Positions 27,740-41,266 of a stretch of DNA of 64,000 bases are shown here, in pieces. Position numbers and translations under genes: made by a program. The notes beneath the pieces are model-generated. The model did not search any database and was not told the origin of the DNA. It saw only the letters and a program-made list of their open reading frames with translations. How positions within the stretch are numbered: position 1 is the stretch's first letter; each line of letters begins with the position of its first letter. Location: the NCBI GenBank assembly GCA_023213395.1, contig CM041465.1, positions 200,701,741 through 200,765,740 of the forward strand, in the 5' to 3' direction. This stretch comes from Cycas panzhihuaensis (Eukaryota; Plantae; Cycadophyta).

Positions 27740-30009
27740 CGACACCAAGTCTCTACAATAAGGATAAACTATGACTCTAAATATTTCAATTGTGTAAAAA
27801 GCTAAAACTATGGGCAATTCTCTTTCTTATTTATTCATTACTTTCTTCCAAGCTACCTTTACTTTCATAAAATGACTCTACTCATGATCATATAAGCCTG
27901 ATACTCTTTCCAACCTATGCATTAATTGTGAGTGTTCCTTCTTCGAGATTATTAATTTCTTCTCTCTTGAGCTTCAAACTCAAGAGACAATTTGGGCCCC
28001 CAATTTTGTCATTTATCCTCATCCTTGAAAAGAGAGATTTATTTGTCAACTTTAGAAACCTTATTAGTTGCTTAGGTTATCTCTTATATACTAGTTCTTC
28101 ATTTTGGGGATTCCTTATTGGTTATTCATCACCCATTTTCTTTTCTTTTATTATCCTAAGTTTCCTCTATCTACACTTTTGAGGTGAATATTCATTTTGA
28201 CTCCTTCCTTTACATTTGGAGATATTGTGATTCAAATTTTTTCTTTCTCCTATGGTTCAATCTTTAAGGAGATTAGTCTCTTATTTTGCCTTTACTTTTA
28301 TTAGAAAGGATAAATCCTTACTATATTAAGGAAAGGCATTTCATAATTAAATGGTTATGAATCTTTTATTGTAATTATAAAAAGAAAAAGAAAAAGTTTA
28401 AAAAAATCAAAGTAAAAAAAAAAAAAGAAAAAAAAAAAAGATGTCATTATCATCCTCTTATAATCTAGGGCAATTCATGTGATGGCTTCATCCCCACCTA
28501 TATATCTAATAGGTCAGGTTTATTTGGATGATCCATTTAAGATCAAGCCCTTCTTGACACCTTTTATTTTAGTTGATTATAGTTATCTCGATTATGATTT
28601 TTTCTTTTTCTCTTTATAGTCAGAACTAATCTATTCTCATTTACTACCATCTCCTTATTGATTGATTCCCACAATCTCATTTATTAATTATATCATCTCC
28701 AAATACTGGTCTTATCTTCCTATGGAATTAAGTTTTTTCACCAATATGGGTAGTAGAATTAACCTAGGACTATCTACCACTACTTCAGTGATCTATAACC
28801 ATTCGAGAAATCCTCTTGTATTTGCTAGTTTATTCCTACCTAGAGCAACCAACAATGAGTTGAATACTCTGTTATCGTAAGAGCATTATTCGATATTTTC
28901 CAATTTTACCATGGACCCATTATCATTTATTTAACTCTCACATTGTAGTATATTAGTTAGTTGGGATATATCATATTTGTTCTTCATGGTTCCTTTCTCT
29001 TCATCATTAAGCTTTATCATTGATGTCTTAATTTTTCTTAGTTACCATCTAATATGTCCCTTATATATTTAATACTAAAGTTTATGCTCTTATCTCTTTT
29101 ATCTTGGATGATTATTTTAATTAACTTTTATCTTTTGATGTGGGAATCCTACTCTAGAGTAAGTATAAACTACCACTTCGTAAAGAGTATAAACTATGGG
29201 TTTTTGAGGGTCAAGGTGTAAGTAATGTGAAGGTTAACATCATAGGTATAAGGATGAAATGAAGTATTAGAAAATATAGACCCACATGGGAATAATGGGT
29301 CATGGAGGATCTTGGCAGGGGGCAAGTTCCTAAAAGCTTCTTGCCCTTAGAAGGAGCTAATGAGCAATCTAATATACTCAAGAAACTAGTCTTTTATCGA
29401 GTAAAATTAATCCATCATTCTATAAACAACAAGTTTTTCTTAAGATACATTATATGAATATGGATTTTGGTCTATGCTTATATAATCTATCCTAAGTATA
29501 ATTAATTATGTAAGTTTTTATTTAGAGAGACTTATATTATTCTATATCTATAAACCTATTACTATTCATCCTCTAAATGGTTTTATGTTTATAGAAATAT
29601 AATTATTAATCTTTTCTATATACTCCTTTTTTTTCTTTTATTTATTTCTTTTCCTTTATTATTTCTTATAATCTTTCTCCTTTAAGACCCTTTTATATTC
29701 TAAGATGAGTATAAACTACCATGTAAATATTAATTAAAATAAATAAATAAATAAAATTATAAAAGGAAAAAATATATAAAATAAGAAAAACTATTATATG
29801 TTTTCATGGATTCTCACACTGATAGGTGTATATCACATTCACAATATATAAAATAAGGATAAAATGGGGAAAGAATTTAGAGTTAATCATCCATCATGTA
29901 TGCTACATAAGTTATAAATAAAAATTATCAATATATAAATAGAAATATATGTGTTATATCTATTACTTGTGTGACTTATGATATAATAATTGAGGCTCAT
30001 AAAATACCT

Positions 30010-31799
30010 TATACCTCGCTCCTAACTCCTCCCCTCCATATACAAAACACACTTATCTATGTAAGCCTTGGTGAGATCTCTGTTATGCTCCTAGCTTTGC
30101 CCTCTCTACTCTATCCATAGACCATCCATTTATTGACTCTATATATGGTGGAAGATGCCATCCCTACTAAACTATCATGGTCTTAGATGGAGTAGCTCAT
30201 CCCCTAATCTATACTAATATCATCTTCTGTAAATGACATTGCTCATCCTCTACTACCTTGAGCTCTAACTCTCAAAGTCTTAGCTCCATCCTCATATCCT
30301 AAAACATATCTCAAGCTCATAATGTAGGTCTAAAGTACTCAATTTAATGCCCTAGTAGTATGCAATCAATGATATTCTATGCCTAGAGCTCATTCAACAT
30401 AGATGAGTAAGGGAAAATCAAATCTAACATCTTCTTAACCTTTAAAAGAGCCAAGCTCTCCTTACTTACCCATGGAAACCATATAAATCATGATCATTCT
30501 TTTGTGTAAAAGGTAGATAATCCAAAATATATAATCAAGCATATTTAAAATAAATCAACTAATATACATGTTGGTTCACTTCCTCCTACTAGCTTTGCCA
30601 CCATCTCCTCACCCAGCTATGTGACTGCCTCTCCTTAAGGCTCTTAGATAGCCTCTTGAGTATGCTTCCCTTATCCTCCTTTTCTCCCATCTCCTCCTCT
30701 CCTCTACCCATCCATTAAGACTAGCTCCATACTCTGTAAAAAGCCTCCTCTATCTCCACCTTGTGCTCCACCCATCACCTAGAGCATATCTCTACCTCCT
30801 CTCCCTCCTCTACTAGTTAATGCCTCTCCTTTCCTACCTTAACCATCTTCATACTATCCACCATATCCCCCTCTACTTACTCTCCCTCTTTCTTTCCCTC
30901 TCCCTCCAATAGTAATAGGAGCCTCTCTTATTATTGTCCTCTCCACTATATTGACCTCATCATCACTCTATACTAGTAATCCCTTGTATAGATTCTCTAT
31001 AAGCTATCTCCTAGTCATGTGACTCAGTAGAGGGCTATGTATATTCCTTACCATAATAGATGTATTATTATGGATCTAAGCCCTCATATGCCACATGTTC
31101 ATTCTTGGATCCATGATCATAAACTCTCTTGGTTCTCCTCCTAGCCTTACTAGTAGGATGTGGTTGTACAATCAACACATCAAAATGGAATTATAGGAAA
31201 AGCCTCCCCTATCCTACCTCTCAATCCTAGATAATTGAAGGCACATACTATCAACTATATATTGCCCCTAGTCTACCCTAACTTGCTCACATCTCCTTAC
31301 TACTGCTACCTACTATGTTAGAACCCTAATGAGGTTTTGGGTTCTAATAATCCTAAAAAATGACGATGAAGCTAATGATCTTCCATATCACATAAATCCC
31401 CTATGTCATCCTCATTGCCTCAATAGATACTCTATGAGGACTAAAGTAATAAGAAAAGCCAGTTAAATATTGGCTGCATACCTCTTATGACTCATTGTCT
31501 CAGTTTAGCCTGATCCTCTCCCTATACCAATTGATACCCAACATCCTCCCTATATCTCTATGGATAATTTGTAAATCCCCTATTGCTCATACCTTGAAAA
31601 CATTTCTATCTAAGATCTAAAAACTAATAAAATCATGTAGGATCTCATACTCCATCATTAGTTGGGTTGTTCTACTCACTTGAGATAGCCTAGATGCTCT
31701 CAATAAAACTTAATCCTCATTTATCAACTAACTAATTAACTCTCTAATGGTCAATCTTTCATTTTCTCTTATGTCTACCCTCTTTAGAAGCTGCACCAT
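30010..31799 (-). pseudogene. Antisense extra ORF of Gypsy C: PMD (plant mobile domain)-like region followed by acidic and coiled-coil-like segments
   Basis: Manual translation through stops: MVQLLKRV...VLLRASRLSQV...YEILHDFISF*ILDRNVFKV*AIGDLQIIHRDIGRMLGINW and later VD*GQYIVDSMCLQL...ILMC*LYNHI. These fit the PMD motifs L..FW....F....G...IT..DV..ILG and .WG..V...L...LL..W..H. Confidence 0.65.
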
Positions 31800-32487
31800 A
31801 TAAAAAGTAATCATGCCAGGCTTTAATTTTAGCTTTGCAAAGAACTTTTATTTTTCAATTTTTCTTTCCAAAATAAAAAGCATGATAATTCAGTAAAAAA
31901 TGTAACTATTTACTTAAAAATATGATTAGATAGTAAAAAAATATGATTTAGTTAGTAAAAATATGATCTTATAATTCTTGTATAAAACTATCAAATCATG
32001 TTTTTACCACTAAATCTATATTTTTCACCCTGTATTATTGTATTTTTACTCAAAAAATTTAATTCATAAAAGTTTTATAAAGGAGACTTACCAAATATCT
32101 AGCTCCTTGCTATATTATCTGTGTCTCCATCTCTTAGAGATGATCCCTCGCTAAGAAAGATCCAGATTACCTTGAAAATAAAGTCAAAAGGCCCCTCTAG
32201 AATGTTAATTTTTTAACTTCCTCATGTAAAAATGAAATAAAATTTATTTATTTTTCTTTTAAAAATGGAGAAGCCATTTTCCTTTCTTTTTAGGCAAAAT
32301 TTTCTCTTCCCTTCATTAGATTTATCCAGGTTAATATTCTCTTTTTCAGCCATCATTTTTAAATAAAATCTTTTATAGGGTTATCTTTAACATTAACTCG
32401 TTAATCTCTTAAGGAGAATTTGAATGCCTAAATGTGGCATTGCTAACTCATTTTAATATCCATTTTAATCCTTGTTTTGTCCCTTAA

Positions 32488-32845
32488 GAAGCTCTGATCC
32501 TTTTTACCTATTGAAGAGCTTAAACTATGACAGGGTAAAGCTCTAAGCCCTTTTATCTATTAAAGAGTCTAAACTATGATAGTATAAAGCTCTAAGCCCC
32601 TTTACATGTTGAAGAGCCTAAACTATGATAGGATAATGCTTTGAATTCTGTCTCCTATTAATAAGCTTAAACCATGATGGAAAGCTTTGAAAAGTCACCT
32701 ACTAATGAGGTAAAACTATGGTAGTCTAAGACTTTAAAATTTCACTTGTTAATAAGCCTAAAAACTATGATAGTCCATCCTTTATGCTCTAACAAAAGGA
32801 CCATCCTCTAAACCTTGGTTAATGATAGATAAACTATGACTATCT
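32488..32845 (+). repeat. Tandem array of ~49-bp units with a conserved TAAACTATGA motif in the 3' UTR of Gypsy C
   Basis: Motif at 32521, 32570, 32619, 32668, ~32712, ~32762, 32830. Confidence 0.85.
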
Positions 32846-32968
32846 AGTTTTCTAAGTCCCATCTTGTTTATGGGCATTTAGTATCACTTTTCATTGAGTG
32901 AGAATAAGTCCTACCTATTTGGGTAGGCATCTTACTAATACCATTTTACTTCCTATTCTAGTTATGTT

Positions 32969-33612
32969 TGTTGGATATTGTGACAACAATTATGAGGCTA
33001 ATATTTTGGCATGTTTTTGGCATGGTTTTCCCCCTTAATCCTTCTCGGGGGGTTCCAAGGGGGGTGGGATCCCCTCTTGGCTGGGGGGTGTGGGGGCATG
33101 GAACGCCGCCCATTAGGAAGGGGTTCAGGGGTGATAGCCCCCAGCCTAAAAAATTATCCATATAAACCTTATCAAAATGTAAAGAGAATTAGGGTTGTTC
33201 AATACAAATACCCTAGATTCTATGGTTGAGATTTAGGTCTTGGATGTTTCTCTCATGTAGCCCGTTTTAGGGCTTTTCTTATTATGTTATAATGTAATAC
33301 AATGTACAGTGATGAGGGTGGCAGTTGGTTGTTGTTTCTAAGAGCACTCTACTACTGAGATGTACTATTTCTCCATTCTACAGCAATAAAGATTGATACC
33401 TTTCCTGTGTAGATGTTTCCCTAGCACACTACTAGGGTTTTACCATGTTATATTGGGTGCACATGTGATGTTTGACTTTCATTTTCATGTTATTCTATAA
33501 TCTCTGATTTTAGAACTTGCATGTAATTTTAAGTTTCGATTTCTGTAACTAGTTGTAAGAATGCAATAGATCTTGCTGGCGCTTAAAGGGTTGGGACCTT
33601 ATATTCTCAACA
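32969..33612 (+). repeat. 5' LTR of Copia D
   Basis: TGTTGGATA...CTCAACA; about 90% identical by eye to 37642-38285. Confidence 0.95.
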
Positions 33613-33683
33613 AGTGGTATCAGAGCCACTTTTTTTCTTATAGTAAGTTTGTGAAGGTTTTAGTGTCAGCTTTTCTACACCAA

Positions 33684-36600
33684 ATGGCAAAACTAGTAGG
33701 TATAAAGTTTGAGGTGGAGAAATTCAATGGCAAGAATAACTTCGAGTTGTGGAAGCTAAAAGCATATGATATTCTTGTATAGCAGGGTTCGTACAAAGCC
33801 CTTGCAGGTAAATCGAAGAAACCCATAGGGATGTACAATGATGAATGAGATGATTTAGACAAAAACACACTTAGCACAATACGATTGTGTTTGGTAGATG
33901 AAGTTTTGTTTAACATCGTAAGGGAGCAAACAACAGCAGGATTATGGAGCCGGTTAGAAGGCCTATATATGACCAAATCAGTAACAAATTGAATCTACCT
34001 AAAGACATAACTGTACTCATTATGGATGAAGGAAAGTACAAAAATTATTGACCATTTAAATATTTTTAATACTCTTATTTATCAATTAACTAGTATCGAT
34101 GTTAAAATTGAGGATGAGGACAAGGCTATTACCCTGTTATGCTCATTACTTGAATCCTAGGATAATATTGTCACCTCAATTAGTTTTAGCACTACAGATG
34201 AATTGGAATATGATTCTATTATGAGTGCTTTACTAATAGAGGAAGTGCAAAGTAAGTTTAGTCTTAAAACCTCCACACCAGAAGCCATGACAGTAAGGGG
34301 TAAAACATTTGAAAGAGGACAAAACTCCAGTGATACATTGAGGTCTAAGTCAAAGAGCAAAAAGAGTAAGCTCAGGTGTTGGCATTGTAATAAGACCGAT
34401 CACCTCAAGAAGGATTGTTACAAAAGGAAAGAGTTCTAGAAAAAGGAAGATCCTGCTAAGGAGATGAATCAAGTGGAGTCAAATCAAGGTATAGATGATG
34501 ATGTCTTGGTCACTTGTAATGTTTCTCATTATCACCATGACTGGTTATTAGATTCAGGTGCTTCATACCATATGTGTTCACACAAGAGTTGGTTTTTATC
34601 ATACCAACCTCTTGATGGTGATGTTGTGCTTATGGGAAACGAAGTTTCTTGTAAGACAGTGGGAATTGGTAGCATCAGAATTAAGATGTTCGATGGGGTA
34701 GTTAGAACATTAACTAAGGTTAGACATGTACCTAATTTAAAAAGAAATCAAATTTCCTTGGGTGAATTAAATTCAGGTGGTTTTAAGTATACAGGTCATG
34801 AAGGAGTCTTAAAGGTGTCAAAGGACACCTTGGTTGTTATGAAATCCTTAAAGAAAGGAAATCTTTACACTTTAGTGCGAAGTACAGATGTTAACCAAGT
34901 AGCTACATCGTTAAAGACTATAGAAGATCCTGCTCAACTATGGCATCAGAGACTTCAGCACATGAGTGAGAAAGGACTTAAGGTGCTGATAAACTGTAAG
35001 TTGCTTCCTAACTTGCAGATTTTAGACTTGGCTTTCTGTAAACATTGTGTTTTTGGAAAACAGTATAGACTCAGGTTTAAAGTAGGGAGTCACAGGATTA
35101 CATACATTCAGATGTATAGGGACCAACCCCTAAAATATCTTATAGAGGATCATTGTATTTTGTCACATTTATAGATGATTACTCCAAGAAGGTATGTGTA
35201 TATTTTTTGAAAAAGAAATCTGAAGCTTTTAGTGTGTTTAAGCAGTTCAAGGCTTTAGTTGAGAATAGTACTGGTAAGATAATCAAATGTTTAAGAACTG
35301 ATAATGGATGTGAGTTCAATTCCTTGGAGTTTGAGAACTATTGTAGAGAAGTTGGGATCGAAAGACACAAGACCGCTAGCTATACTTTGCAGCAAAATGA
35401 CATTGCTGAGCACATGAATAGGACACTCTTGGAAAGAGCAAGAAGCATGCTAAGTAATGCAGGAGTGGAGTAGGGCTTATGGGCATAAGCTGTTCAAACA
35501 GCTTACTATCTGGTAAATAGGTCACCATCACTTGTAATAGATTACAAAATTCATGAAGAGGTATGGACTAGACATCCATGTGATTATTCAAATTTAAAAG
35601 TTTTTTGTTATGATGCTTATGCCTGGACTGACAAAAGTAAATGTTCAAAGTTAGACCCAAAATCCAAGAGATATATCTTTGTTGGTTATGGTAATAAGGA
35701 TGGTGTGAAGAGATACAAGTTGTGGGATCCTACTGCCCACAAAATCACCATTAATAGAGATGTCATATTTGATGAATCTCTCCTTGTAAAATCGTATGAT
35801 GTAGAATTTGAAATGAAATAGGAGCAGCAAGATGAATATCAACAAGTCAAGTTTGAAATGCAGCCATTTGTGGAATTAGAAGAGCATGAAGATCTTTCTA
35901 AAGATGAATCAGCAGCAAATTCACAGGAGTATGTTGACACTCCTCTTCTAATAGTTAGAAGATCTACATGAGTTAGTCATCCACTTGACAGGTACATCCC
36001 TTTTATTTCTATTGCTTTAGTTTCTAATGATAGTGAGCCTGCATGTTATCAGGAAGTAGTAGATGATATCCATGGACAGAAGTGGATAAGGGCTGTGTAA
36101 AAAGAGATAGATGCCTTGAAGAAAAATAATTCATGGGACTTGGTAGAACTTCCACATGGCAGGAAGACTATTGGTTGCAAGTGGGTTTTTAAAAAGAAAA
36201 TAGATGTTGATGAAAATATTGATAAATACAGGGCAAGACTGGTGGCTAAAGGTTTTACACAGAAAGTAGGTATTGGCTTTCATGAGATCTTTTCACTAGT
36301 TGTTAAACTTGTTTCAATTTGAGTGTTGTTAGCATTAGTAGCTTCTCTTGATTTAGAGTTGGAGCAGTTAGATGTAAAAATAACTTTTCTACATGGAGAT
36401 TTAGATGAGGAGATCTATATGGATCAACCAGAAGGGTTTGTACAAGATGGTAGGAAAAAACTTGTTTGCAAGCTCAGGAAATCATTGTATGGTCTGAAGC
36501 AATCACCTAGGCAGTGGTACAAGAAGTTTGATGCCTTCATGGAGAGCCAAGTTTTCAAAAGAAGTGAGTATGATCATTGTGTTTACTTTAAATTTATAGA

Positions 36601-37594
36601 CAATGGCTTATTCATTATCTTGGTGTTATATGTTGATGACATGTTAGTTGTAAGCAAGAGCATGGAAGAAATCAATAAGCTAAAGGCTTAATTAGCTAGG
36701 ACTTTTGATATGAAGGATCTAGGAGCTGCAAAACAAATCTTAGGCATGGAGATACACAGAGACAGGAAAAATGGTAAGCTATGGTTATCATAGTAGAAAT
36801 ATATAGAGAAGGTGCTAACCAGGTTTGGTATGGCAAATATGAAACCAGTGAGTATCCCATTGGCTTCACACTTCAAGCTTTCTTCAAATATGAGTCCTAG
36901 TAGTGAAGAAGAAAAAGCTTATATGTCTTATATGCCTTATGCCAGTGCAGTAGGAACTTTGATGTATGCCATGGTATGTACAAGACCTGATATTTCACAT
37001 GTAGTCAGTGTAGTTAGCAAGTTTATGGCAAATCCAGGAAAGGAACATTGGGCTACAGTGAAATGGGTGCTTCGGTATTTGAGAGGCACGAGTGACTATT
37101 GCATCACCTTTAGAGGTATAGGTAATCAAGTTTGTGGATATGTCGATTTAGACTTTACAGGAGATTTAGACAAAAGAAGGTCTACTTCAAGTTATGTTTT
37201 TACTCTTACAAATGGTCTAGTTAGTTGGATGTCCAAATTGTAGAGCAGAATTACACTGTTAACCATGAAAGCTAAATATGTTGCTGCAGCACATGCTTGT
37301 AAAGAAGTAATCTAGTTACAGAGTCTATTAGTTGAGCTTGGAAGGAGACAGGAAAATATAAAGGTATTTTGTGATAGTCAAAGTGCCATTTACTTAGCCA
37401 AGAATCAAGCTTATCACAGTAGAACAAAGCACATTACTCTTAAATACCATTTTGTTAGACAGGTTGTGGAAGCAGGTGGAGTGGCACTTGAGAAGATTCA
37501 CACCAATCAGAATTATGCTAATATATTCATAAAACCAGTACTAGTAGAGAAGTTCAAATGGTGTTTGACTTCTCTTGGCTTGTAGGAAAGATGA
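33684..37594 (+). pseudogene. Copia D gag-pol pseudogene (gag, zinc knuckle, PR, INT, RT, RH)
   Basis: KFEVEKFNGKNNFELW; CWHCNKTDHLKKDC; WLLDSGAS; LRTDNGCEF; QLDVKITFLHG; LYVDDML. Scattered stops and a small frameshifting deletion near 35095. Confidence 0.95.
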
Positions 37595-37641
37595 TGAAGG
37601 GTCTAGAAAAGGTACCAGGTAATTATTGTCAAGGTGGAGAT

Positions 37642-38285
37642 TGTTGGATATTATGACAACAATTATGGGGCTAATATTTTGGCATGTTTTTGGCATAATT
37701 TCCCCCCTAATCTTTCTCAGGGGGTTACAAGGGGGGCAAGAGCCCCCATTAGTCAGGGGGTGTGGGGGGTGTAGAATGCCCCCCGCTATGAGGGGGTTTG
37801 GGGGCGATAGCCCTTGACCTAAAAAATTAGCCATATAAACCTTATCAAAATATAAAGAGAATCAGGGTCGTTTGATATAAATAACCTAGATTCTACGGTT
37901 GAGATTTAGGTCTTAGATGTTCCTCTCATATAGCCCATTTTAGGGGTTTTCTTATTATGTTGTAATGTAATGTAATGTACAGTGATGAGGGTGGCAGCTG
38001 GTTATTGTTCCTGAGAGCACTCAGCTACTGAGATATACTATTTCTCCATTCTACAATAATAAAGATCGATACCTTTCCTGTGTGAATGTTTCCCTAGCAC
38101 ACTGCTAGGGTTTTACTACGTTATATCGGGTGCACATGTGATGTTTGGCTTTCATTTTCATGTTATTGTATAATCTCTAATTTTAGAACTTGCAAGTAAT
38201 TTTAAGTTTCAATTTCTGTAACTAGTTATAAGAATGCAATAGATCTTGGTGGTGGTTAAAGGGTTGGGACCTTGTATTCTCAACA
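37642..38285 (+). repeat. 3' LTR of Copia D
   Basis: Follows the PPT; ends CTCAACA. Confidence 0.95.
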
Positions 38286-38459
38286 ACATTAAGGTATATT
38301 TAGTTTGATCATAGTATCTTTTGTAAACTAGTTACCCATCATCCACATACTTTATCCAAATCTTTTACTTTTGAGAAACAAGTTTCACCATGATCATTAT
38401 CACCTTTTACCATCCAACTTCCCTTTTAAAGTAAGAGTTTCAAGTGCCAAGGGGACAAA

Positions 38460-40762
38460 TATTTTATCAAACTTTGATCCTTAATTGATTTTCGTTACTA
38501 TTAATGAGTTTCTTACCCCATTTACTTTTGATATGGTTAATTAAGGCTTGTTTCATGTTATATTAGGCCATGTTTTAATGAAATACATTATTATTCTTTA
38601 GATGATATATGTTGAATAATGATGATTATATTATTATGTTTTTTTAGTTGTCAATGTGTGAGAACTATAGTGATAAAACCTCTCCTTTATAATTATTCAA
38701 CTCACTTTTTCTTTAAAACATTCTTTTATTTTGTTATCATCTTTTTAGTTTCACCTTTTAAATCATCCCCTTTTCACTATTTTTGGGCCTATACTTATAG
38801 TTTTCACATCTTTTTGGGGTTCTTTTGTCATTGATTAAGTTATTTTTATTTAAATTTTATAATAAAAATTTAATTTTGACCTTTTAATTAGTAAGTTTTA
38901 CTTCCTAATTTATTGTATTTTTGGTCTTGCTAAAAATGTAATCGATCGCATTTTATTAATGATGTCATATTTTTTATTATTAATAAAACATGATTGGTCA
39001 TATTTTGTACTATCATACATGTAAAATTTTTAATCAATACACTAATTTTATAGGCCACCACCTAGATTCAGTGGAAACTGACTCCACTCATGCCTTGAAC
39101 CCTCTAAAACCCTAGAGTGTTCATTCATTTGCATTGTGATGAGCTTGGTGCTAAGGTTTTGAGAGTGATTCTTCAAAAATTAAAATATTTTAGCTTGTTA
39201 TTTTGGAGATCTATCTTAGAAGAAAAGATGAAGTCAAGGGAAGAAATTTAAAGTTCTATTTGCTATCTTACTATCGTATGAATCTTAATTATTATTGCTT
39301 GTTAAGATACTTGGTTTATTATGATATTTTTAGCTTTAGACTTTATATCCTTGGTAAGATCTTATCTACTCTAGTTTCTTCTTGTTTGGCTACTCTTTTG
39401 ATGACTTGTTATGACTAGATTTGCTCCTCTCCTTTTGTTGACTTCTAAGAAACCTTTATCTATGTTTTTCCTTGGAAAACTTGGCTAAAAGGCCAGCCCT
39501 TTATATGAAATAAAAAGGGTAGACTATTGTGAAGAAGGATCTATCTCTTCACTATAAAAAATAGCTACTCTCTCCTATTCTCCTCAGGTATCTAGGTTTC
39601 CCAAGAGATCTAGTCTCATCTTTTCTTCGTCTTTAGCTATTATTGGACTTATTCTTGATTTTTCTTTCTTTTTCTTTCTAGTTTTAAGGAAAAACTTAAG
39701 AAGATTATTTATTTTAAAGGGGAGACAACAATTCCGAGTCAAGAATCAATCATTAGAATAAAAAATTCTAAAACTTGTTGGTGTTGTATTTCTTGCCTTC
39801 ATCCTTTTGCACTTTCCTCTCATTTTAGGAAAGAAATTTAGGTGTTTGAATGATATACTTTTGTTACAATTGGCTTGAATAAGATTCAAGCATCCCATGG
39901 TGTTTTAAAACCATGACTGCTAGAATCTCTTTATGTTACTAGTCTATTATCTTTTTGTAAGAAGATCATCTATATATAATTATATGTCACTTTTATAGAC
40001 TGTATATCATTCTTAGTGGCTAAAAATTATTTTTGAAATCTTTCATTTTCTTTTTTAGTCATTCTTTAAAAATAAAATAACATGTGAATGAGATTAAAAG
40101 ATTTCTATAAATATTTCATATTATTTTATATTTCATCAAGTTGCATATAGAGTTGCATCTCATAATAGTTACATTTCATGCTAGTTGTGCTTGTTAAAAA
40201 AGTGCATTGCATTTAAAGGATACTTACATCTTTCATTTTAGTGTATTTCATTTAAAAAATAAAACAAACAAGAAGTTGCATAAGTGATTAATTTTTCTTA
40301 CTTGATTTGAAAAGAAGATAATTAGATCTTTTTTGTCTCTTTGTCTATTTTTTTGTGTGCTCTCATTAAAATAAAAATAAAACAAAAAGAAAAAAGAAAA
40401 AATGCCTTTCCATTTCTTAACCCTTTTCTTTATTTTAATAAAACTCAAAAGGTTGAAATAATAAAAGTAAATGAGTCCCTAGGAAGGAGACAAGATACAT
40501 TATCAGCATAATCTAAACTTATAACTCCTCTACCTGATTATATAGGCTAGTGGATTCTAGTACATCCTTTACATCTTAGCCTTTCATTATTATACTTATA
40601 TCTAAATTAAATAAGACAAATAGGTGGAGACTCCTTCTTAGTAGTTGGAAAAGGTGGTGTTCCAATTCCCATAGGTTTCTTATCTCTTATCTCAGACTTG
40701 AAATGGAGGGAACATACTGATAGTTGAGAGATACTTAGTTTGGGCCTAACTAAAGCATGCTA
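38460..40762 (+). repeat. 3' LTR of Gypsy C
   Basis: Follows the PPT; ends CATGCTA followed by TSD copy GATTG. Confidence 0.92.
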
Positions 40763-41266
40763 GATTGATAGTTAATGAAGGGATAAACTCTTGATTCAAC
40801 TAATGGATCAACTTGGGAATATGAAGGTGTAGGGTATGAGTACCCACCTCCAACATATAGTAGGCAAGAGGTAGATCCATAGGGAGTATGCCCCTATTGA
40901 TAAGGGACATAAGTGGTATGGGAATATATGGTCCCCTTTAATTAGTAGGGAGGAGTAGCACTTGAATGGGGATATGATAGATAGGAAGGTGGGTGAGGTG
41001 GTCTCAACCCACCTCAAGGGTATGCCACATAAGCAAATGAGAGGTAAGGATATGCCCCTATAGGGGTAGATAAGTGATGAGGTGGAAGGTGTAAGGATGC
41101 AAGCCTCTCTTAATAAGAGCCCACATGAGCATAGAGTAGGATGCATGAGATGTGGGATGAGGAATAGGGCTTTTCCGATAGGGTCTACCAATGTGGGGGA
41201 TAACCCCATATGGGTGGAGAGGGCTTGCCCCATAGGTAGGAAGGGGGTTTAAGCCCCCATGCCCCT

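Larger units (their letters stand above)
32969..38285 (+). mobile_element. Copia D: full-length Ty1/Copia (Tnt1/Tork-like) nested in the Gypsy C 3' region
   Basis: 644-bp LTRs, PBS TGGTATCAGAGCCA (33615-33628), PPT AAGGTGGAGA (37631-37640), TSD ATGTT/ACATT. Confidence 0.96.
18498..40762 (+). mobile_element. Gypsy C: complete but degenerate Tat/Ogre-like element (22.3 kb including a nested 5.3-kb Copia)
   Basis: 2.3-kb LTR pair, TSD AATTG/GATTG, PBS at 20811, PPT AAGGGGACAAA at 38449-38459, gag-PR-RT-RH-INT order. Confidence 0.93.

Noticed and set aside
32488-32845. CRISPR-like array
   Set aside because: Whole units are homologous tandem repeats without unique spacers, typical of a Gypsy 3' UTR.
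32958-33229. Overlapping Gly/Pro-rich ORFs (also 37541-37834)
   Set aside because: Artefacts of the GC-rich LTR island; not conserved between the two LTRs.
33638-34360. Antisense ORFs over Copia pol (also 58184-58465, 59440-59703) and small ORFs within LTRs
   Set aside because: Shadow frames of retroelement sequence with no recognisable motifs.
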